Shown here: positions 27,243 to 32,000 of the stretch, piece after piece | Layout: every line of letters begins with the position of its first letter | How positions within the stretch are numbered: position 1 is the stretch's first letter | NCBI GenBank assembly: GCA_900548695.1 | Contig: URLC01000001.1 | Span: 239,577-271,576 of the forward strand | Reading direction: 5' to 3' | Source of the DNA: an uncultured Mycoplasmatota bacterium | GTDB lineage: Bacteria; Bacillota_I; Bacilli_A; RF39; UBA660 | Length of the DNA: 32,000 bases | Notes under the pieces: model-generated | Database searches by the model: none | Seen by the model: the letters and a program-made list of their open reading frames with translations, nothing else | Told to the model about the DNA's origin: nothing | Program-made: the position numbers and the translations under genes

Positions 27243-27732
27243 TTCTATTTCTCTCCTTTACTTTTAAACTTTGAATTAAGTTTATTATTTCTTGTTGCGT
27301 ATTAATTTGATAATTTGTATCTTCAATAGTGTGTAGTAATAAATCTTTTTCTCTTTCTAATATGTTTTTATCTTTTAATTTTTCTTCACAAGATAAAACT
27401 AATTTTTCTAAATTTTGTTTACTACCTAAAACATTAATTTCTGCCTCATTTAATTCATTTCCTTTTAAATTGGAATAGTAATCTTTAATAAAAGGATTTA
27501 ATGGACTAACTTCAATACCTAATCCCATTTTATACATTAAATCATTATAATTAACATCAATATATTTACTTATCTTTCTTAATATTTTAGGACTAGGATC
27601 TCTTTCTCCTGCTTCTATTTTAGATAAACCAGAACTATTAATTCCAGCAAGTTTTGCAAGTTGTCTTTGAGATAGATTTTTTTCTTCTCTAGCTTCGGCA
27701 ATTACTTCACCAATAGTTTTATCACTAGACAT
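27232..27732 (-). CDS. XRE-family HTH regulator with a coiled-coil C-terminal half (repressor-like)
   Basis: LSQRQLAKLAGINSSGLSKIEAGER. Start placed at ATG 27732 (RBS gaggtga). Confidence 0.8.
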   Translation of the reverse strand: MSSDKTIGEVIAEAREEKNLSQRQLAKLAGINSSGLSKIEAGERDPSPKILRKISKYIDVNYNDLMYKMGLGIEVSPLNPFIKDYYSNLKGNELNEAEINVLGSKQNLEKLVLSCEEKLKDKNILEREKDLLLHTIEDTNYQINTQQEIINLIQSLKVKERNRNAK

Positions 27733-27752
27733 TTTTTTCACCTCACACATTA

Positions 27753-27781
27753 ATCATACACCAAACGAGTACAAAAGTCAA
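27753..27781 (-). promoter_or_regulatory. Promoter for the XRE-membrane operon
   Basis: On the minus strand: TTGACT, 17 nt, TATGAT. Confidence 0.5.
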
Positions 27782-27810
27782 CAAAAGTACAAAATTTGAA
27801 TAAAAAGGTA

Positions 27811-27840
27811 TTGACAGGTTAGTATTTACTATGTTAAGAT
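27811..27840 (+). promoter_or_regulatory. Divergent promoter for the rightward wHTH genes
   Basis: TTGACA (27811-27816), 18 nt, TAAGAT, with TG at -15/-14. GTAC-containing repeats flank it: AGTACAAAAGT, AAAAGTACAAAA and AGTACAGAAGTACA. Confidence 0.5.
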
Positions 27841-27911
27841 TAATTTGTCAGTGAGTACAGAAGTACACAATAAAACAACTATTGAATACAGGAAGGGAGG
27901 AAACCAAATGT

Positions 27912-28178
27912 ATGCCAAAGAACAAACAACTAGAATTAATTAATCCAAAGATATGGAAAGACAAGAATATAAAGTTTGAAACTAAACTTATATACAAAAT
28001 ACTTTGTGCAGAACAATCACATAGAAGTAAGTTCACAAGTATAAGTATAGGTAGAGTTCAAAATCACTTAAGTATAACAAATGTTGGATTCAAAAAGAAC
28101 TTACAAATATTAGAAGATAATAAATATATAAAGTTCATTGAATATAGCAAAGGATTATACACATACGAGTTTTGTTAG
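27912..28178 (+). CDS. Small winged-HTH-like protein
   Basis: Start at ATG 27912 (RBS gggagg). Similar layout to the 28395 ORF (...KLIYKILCAEQ...ISIGRVQNHLSITNVGFKKNLQILEDNKYIKF). Confidence 0.45.
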   Translation: MPKNKQLELINPKIWKDKNIKFETKLIYKILCAEQSHRSKFTSISIGRVQNHLSITNVGFKKNLQILEDNKYIKFIEYSKGLYTYEFC

Positions 28179-28334
28179 AAAAGATTAAATCGCTAACAAA
28201 TAAAGGTTCAGTAAATGTTCGCAGATTTATATTAGAACCCAGTCTATAAGACTAAAACACTTTAATCCAAGAGACAGGATTTAAAATAAGGTCTCTGGGT
28301 TAGTATTGTCTTTTTGTAGTTTTATATCAGTATG

Positions 28335-28362
28335 ACTTGTAAGATGTTTTACAAGTTTTTTT
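28335..28362 (+). terminator. Intrinsic terminator between the two wHTH genes
   Basis: ACTTGTAA-gatgtt-TTACAAGT followed by TTTTTT. Confidence 0.65.
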
Positions 28363-28394
28363 GTTTCTAAAAATAAGGAAAGGAGGATGATAAT

Positions 28395-28676
28395 ATGACA
28401 GATATAAGTAATTTAAAATATGTACAAGTACCTATGATAGTTCTATTAGATGAAGAATTATCTTCTACTTCTAAACTATTAATGGGATTAATTACTACTT
28501 TAACTATGCAAGAGGGTTTTTGTTATGCAAGTAATAAGTATCTAAGTACTATTATGAAAGTATCAAAGAGAACTATTACAAGTTGCATAACTTCATTAAA
28601 AAGAAAAAAATATATTAAAGTAGAAAATGAACCTAATATACGAAGAATATATTTAGCAAATATCTTCCATAGTTAG
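28395..28676 (+). CDS. Winged-HTH (HTH_36-like) protein, as found in N-terminal domains of element replication/regulatory proteins
   Basis: RBS aaggagg. YVQVPMIVLLDEELSSTSKLLMGLI...CYASNKYLSTIMKVSKRTITSCITSLKRKKYI. Confidence 0.5.
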   Translation: MTDISNLKYVQVPMIVLLDEELSSTSKLLMGLITTLTMQEGFCYASNKYLSTIMKVSKRTITSCITSLKRKKYIKVENEPNIRRIYLANIFHS

Positions 28677-28818
28677 TAGCATTATCTTGCTATATGTAAT
28701 AGCAAGAATCTTCTAACAGAATAAATAATATTAATAAATAATTATAATAAATAATATAAATTTAAAATTATTTTAATAATTTAAATAACTAAATAAATTA
28801 AAATGAAAGGAGCAAAAA

Positions 28819-29238
28819 ATGGAAATTGATTTAAATGAGATAATAATATCTGGAACTATAAATAATGTAACAGATAATAATAAAGACTATATTAAATTTG
28901 GTTTAACTACTTTAAAGTATGATAAAAGAAAAGTATATTCAAGTTTAAATATTAATCGAAATCTTTATACAATCTATAAAGATTTTTTTGTTAAAGGAAC
29001 TAAAGTATTTATTAAAGGTTATCTTAACTCTTATATTACAAACAATAATATACAAAGTTTTATTACTGTAATAGATATTGCTGATAATCACAAAGAACTA
29101 ATAAATGGTAAAAGTGGACCTCATACACGAATTGATCCAGATGGCGTTCCTGTTTGGAATGGTAAAAGAGAAGAATCTATTCCACCAACCAAAGAAGAAT
29201 TAAAAGAAATGAAAGAACTACTAAAAGAGTTTGAATAA
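28819..29238 (+). CDS. Possible SSB-like OB-fold protein
   Basis: RBS aaaggag. The N-terminal NEIIISGTI...FGL...VFIKGYL pattern resembles an SSB OB-fold. It lacks the canonical acidic D-D-D-I-P-F tail. Confidence 0.35.
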   Translation: MEIDLNEIIISGTINNVTDNNKDYIKFGLTTLKYDKRKVYSSLNINRNLYTIYKDFFVKGTKVFIKGYLNSYITNNNIQSFITVIDIADNHKELINGKSGPHTRIDPDGVPVWNGKREESIPPTKEELKEMKELLKEFE

Positions 29239-29371
29239 AAAAGAAGAAAGGATTGAATGTAATATGTTAGAAAAAACAGAAAATTAAGACAAAGGAGGTA
29301 TTTAATGAAGATAGACAAACTTATACAAAATAATATTAATTTAGGTGCATATACATTTATAGAGGTGCCCT

Positions 29372-29527
29372 ATGGAAAAAGAATATAAAGTAAATAATAT
29401 TTTTAATGAAAATGGAATAACACTTAATGAATTAATAAGTAATTTTTTAGCATCTTTTCTAGATAAAGAATTTAATTTATACGAAAATAATGGTATAATA
29501 AATACCGATATAATCTCGAACTTATAG
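29372..29527 (+). CDS. Unannotated 51-aa ORF immediately upstream of the recombinase gene
   Basis: My own translation: MEKEYKVNNIFNENGITLNELISNFLASFLDKEFNLYENNGIINTDIISNL. RBS-like agaggtg 5 nt upstream. Below the ORF-track size cutoff. Confidence 0.3.
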   Translation: MEKEYKVNNIFNENGITLNELISNFLASFLDKEFNLYENNGIINTDIISNL

Positions 29528-29539
29528 ATTGGAGTAGAA

Positions 29540-31129
29540 ATGGTAACAGACACAACCTATAAGGTAGGAATATATTTAAGATTATCTAGAGAAGATGAAA
29601 GGTTAGGTGAGAGTGGTAGTATCTCTACACAAAGAGATTTGCTTTTAAATTATATTAGAGATAATGATTTATTATTTGTAGATGAATATATAGATGATGG
29701 TGTATCTGGAACAACTTTTGATAGAGTAGGATTTAATCGTATGATTAAAGACTGCGAAGAAAAGAAAATAAATATGATTATAACTAAAGATACATCAAGA
29801 TTAGGTAGAGACCATATTGAGTTTGGTTATTATGTAGAAAGATATTTTCCAGAACATAACATTAGATATGTAGCAGTTAATGATGGGGTAGATACTTTTA
29901 AAAGAGATAGTTCAGCAAATGATATGTTAGTATTTAAAAGTGCTTTTAATGATATGTATGTTAAAGATATATCAAATAAACTCCGAAGTTCTTTATATAC
30001 TAAAAAACGAAATGGTTTATTTGTTGGAGCATACGCTCCTTATGGCTATAAAAAGAATGAAGAAGATAAGCACAAACTTGAAATTGATGAAGAATCTGCT
30101 AATGTGGTTAGAAGAATATTTGATATGTTTACAAGTGGAGATAGTTTAAGCAAGATATGTGATACGCTAACTTGTGAACATATACCAACACCAAGTATGC
30201 AAAAAAATATGAAATTAGGACAAGACAATGTTCATTATGGTGTTTGGGCAACGAGGACAGTTAATGATATTCTAAAAAATCCAACTTATATTGGAAATTT
30301 AACACAATGTCGCCAAAGGAAAGTTAATTACAAATCTAAAAAAAGAGTTCATAATAAAGAAAATGATTGGATTATATCAGTTGGTGCAGTAGAACCCATA
30401 ATTGCTAAAGAAACATTTGAACTTGCCGAAGAAATGTTTAAGAGTAATAAAAATCGTGGCAAAGGTAATGGCATAACTGATAAACTTTTACTTCGTGGTT
30501 TAATATATTGTAAAGATTGTAAGCATACGATTGGATTTAGAGAACATAAACAACAAACTAAAAAATATGGAGAGGTTAGCCGAATTTATGGTAATTGTAA
30601 TTATTGGGCTAAAAGAAAAAAACAAAATGTATGCACACCACATTCTATTAAATATCAAATTATAGAAAATATAGTTTTAGATAATTTACGAAAAATGGCA
30701 AAAAAATACCTAGATGAAAAAACTCTTGAGAGTATATTAAAAACAAATGATAGAATCAAAAAGAAAAAAGATAGTATTAAAGGAGAAATATTTAGATTAG
30801 AGACGGCAATCGAAAATGCTAATAAAAAAATAGATATTTGCTACAATGATAAATTAGAGGGAAATATAACTTTAGAAATGTATAAGAGAACTTACAACAA
30901 CTTGACTCTAGAGATTAATGAATCAAAGAAAAAGAAACTAGAATATGAAAGAACTCTATATAATTTAGAAAATAATGGGGAAACTAATGATAATTTTTAT
31001 CTAGATAAAATTAAAGAATTTTTAGAGATGAAAAATCCATCTCGTGCATTAATTAGTTTACTAATTGATAGAATAGAGATAGATGAAGAAAAAAATATTG
31101 ATATATATTATAAGTTTAAGTTGATTTAA
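29540..31129 (+). CDS. Large serine recombinase (resolvase/invertase N-domain + recombinase domain + zinc ribbon + coiled coil)
   Basis: N-terminal VGIYLRLSREDE...SISTQRD (catalytic Ser region). ITKDTSRLGRD. Cys cluster CKDCKH...CNYW...C. C-terminal coiled coil. Confidence 0.9.
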   Translation: MVTDTTYKVGIYLRLSREDERLGESGSISTQRDLLLNYIRDNDLLFVDEYIDDGVSGTTFDRVGFNRMIKDCEEKKINMIITKDTSRLGRDHIEFGYYVERYFPEHNIRYVAVNDGVDTFKRDSSANDMLVFKSAFNDMYVKDISNKLRSSLYTKKRNGLFVGAYAPYGYKKNEEDKHKLEIDEESANVVRRIFDMFTSGDSLSKICDTLTCEHIPTPSMQKNMKLGQDNVHYGVWATRTVNDILKNPTYIGNLTQCRQRKVNYKSKKRVHNKENDWIISVGAVEPIIAKETFELAEEMFKSNKNRGKGNGITDKLLLRGLIYCKDCKHTIGFREHKQQTKKYGEVSRIYGNCNYWAKRKKQNVCTPHSIKYQIIENIVLDNLRKMAKKYLDEKTLESILKTNDRIKKKKDSIKGEIFRLETAIENANKKIDICYNDKLEGNITLEMYKRTYNNLTLEINESKKKKLEYERTLYNLENNGETNDNFYLDKIKEFLEMKNPSRALISLLIDRIEIDEEKNIDIYYKFKLI

Positions 31130-31141
31130 AGGAGGTAATAA

Positions 31142-31999
31142 ATGAGTAAAGATAAATTAGAAACAATATCAAATCTTTTTGAGGGTAATGAAATAAGAAG
31201 TATTTGGGATAATGAAAAAGAAGAATATTATTTTAGTGTTGTTGATGTTATTAGTGCATTAACTAATGCTAATATACCAAGAAATTACTGGAGCGATTTA
31301 AAAAGAAAATTAAAAGATGAAGGAAGTCAGTTGCACGAAAAAATCGTGCAACTCAAAATGAAGTCAAAAAAAGATGGAAAAAATTATTTGACTGATACTT
31401 TAGATACTAAAGGAATATTAAGATTAATTGAATCTGTTCCTAGTCCTAAAGCTGAACCTTTTAAACTTTGGCTTGCTAATTTAGGTAGCGAAAGAATAGA
31501 CGAGGTATTTGATCCTGAAATTGCTATTAACAGGGCAGTAGATTATTATAGAAAACGAGGATATAGCGATAAATGGATAAAAGACAGACTAGATGGAATC
31601 GTAGATAGAAAACAATTAACTGATGTTTGGAAAGATGGCGGTATTACTAAAAATTATGAATATGGGATACTAACAAATGAAATTTATCAAGAATGGTCTG
31701 GAATGAAAGCAAGTGAATATAAAGCATTTAAAGGACTTCGTAAAGAATCTTTAAGAGATAATATGTCCGATATAGAAGTCCTTTTGACAGACCTGGGAGA
31801 AACTGCAACAAGAGAACTTGCTAAAAAACATAAGCCTTATGGTTTAGAACAAAACAAAAAAATAGCAAGAATGGGTGGTAATACTGCTAAAGTTGCTAGA
31901 GATGACCTTGAAAGAAAATTAGGAGAATCAGTAATAACTAAAAATAATAACTTAAACTATAAATATATTGAATCGCAAGATAAAATAGAAAATAAATAA
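31142..31999 (+). CDS. Bro-N domain protein, DinD-like (DNA-damage-inducible protein D family)
   Basis: N-terminal Bro-N pattern (EIRSIWDNEKEEYYFSVVDVISAL). The C-terminal region resembles DinD (...DRKQLTDVW...GLRKESLRDNMSDIEVLL...). Assigned from memory of the family. Confidence 0.6.
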   Translation: MSKDKLETISNLFEGNEIRSIWDNEKEEYYFSVVDVISALTNANIPRNYWSDLKRKLKDEGSQLHEKIVQLKMKSKKDGKNYLTDTLDTKGILRLIESVPSPKAEPFKLWLANLGSERIDEVFDPEIAINRAVDYYRKRGYSDKWIKDRLDGIVDRKQLTDVWKDGGITKNYEYGILTNEIYQEWSGMKASEYKAFKGLRKESLRDNMSDIEVLLTDLGETATRELAKKHKPYGLEQNKKIARMGGNTAKVARDDLERKLGESVITKNNNLNYKYIESQDKIENK

Positions 32000-32000
32000 A

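Larger units (their letters stand above)
17325..32000. mobile_element. Integrative mobilizable-element-like island (MobV relaxase + large serine recombinase + regulators + DGR cargo). Left junction is approximate; the right end is not reached in the window.
   Basis: Abrupt switch from housekeeping genes to relaxase, XRE, wHTH, SSB-like, recombinase and Bro-N genes. No phage structural or conjugation-pore genes are seen. Confidence 0.6.

Noticed and set aside
17325-32000. The island could be a prophage
   Set aside because: No capsid, portal, terminase, tail or lysis genes are seen in 14.6 kb. A MobV relaxase is present instead, so a mobilizable element is the better description, although the part beyond the window is unseen.
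1-32000. CRISPR arrays, rRNA genes, IS elements with terminal inverted repeats
   Set aside because: Reading both strands, I found no regularly spaced direct repeats, no rRNA-like conserved stretches and no transposase ORFs.

Overview
Very AT-rich, low-GC Firmicutes-type DNA. The tmRNA tag ends in ...AVAFA, which hints at an Erysipelotrichia/Mollicutes-related lineage, but that is inference only.

Positions 1 to about 17.3 kb look like ordinary core chromosome:
- rnr (5' truncated by the window), a CapA-like gene and smpB
- an AIM24-family gene
- a sortase B gene convergent with a probable substrate gene
- ssrA (tmRNA, minus strand)
- pflB-pflA
- an FAD/Rieske oxidoreductase
- an NlpC/P60 hydrolase
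- a DUF378 protein
- tRNA-Thr(CGU)
- cdaA-cdaR
- a lipoprotein gene that appears to be cut short

From about 17.3 kb to the window end there is an integrated mobilizable-element-like island. It carries a MobV relaxase, several XRE/wHTH regulators with a divergent-promoter switch, an SSB-like protein, a large serine recombinase and a Bro-N/DinD-like protein.

The island's cargo is the standout: a complete diversity-generating retroelement (DGR). It consists of an Avd-like gene, an 80-bp template repeat at 21203-21282, and a reverse transcriptase with LGNQSSQ and YMDD motifs. The matching variable repeat at 22807-22886 differs from the template at 14 positions, and every one is a template adenine.

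The diversified gene is not a surface or tail-fibre protein. It has no signal peptide and fuses an N-terminal WFWTRS...GVVRPAL (C-type-lectin/DUF6273-like) variable domain to a MoxR/AAA_5-type ATPase. It is translationally coupled to a small P-loop-less AAA-like protein. Next comes a HExxH metallopeptidase, Q-rich disordered linker and VWA protein.

I interpret this as a candidate hypervariable intracellular sensor, ATPase and VWA/protease conflict system carried on a mobile element. The function is inferred, not shown.
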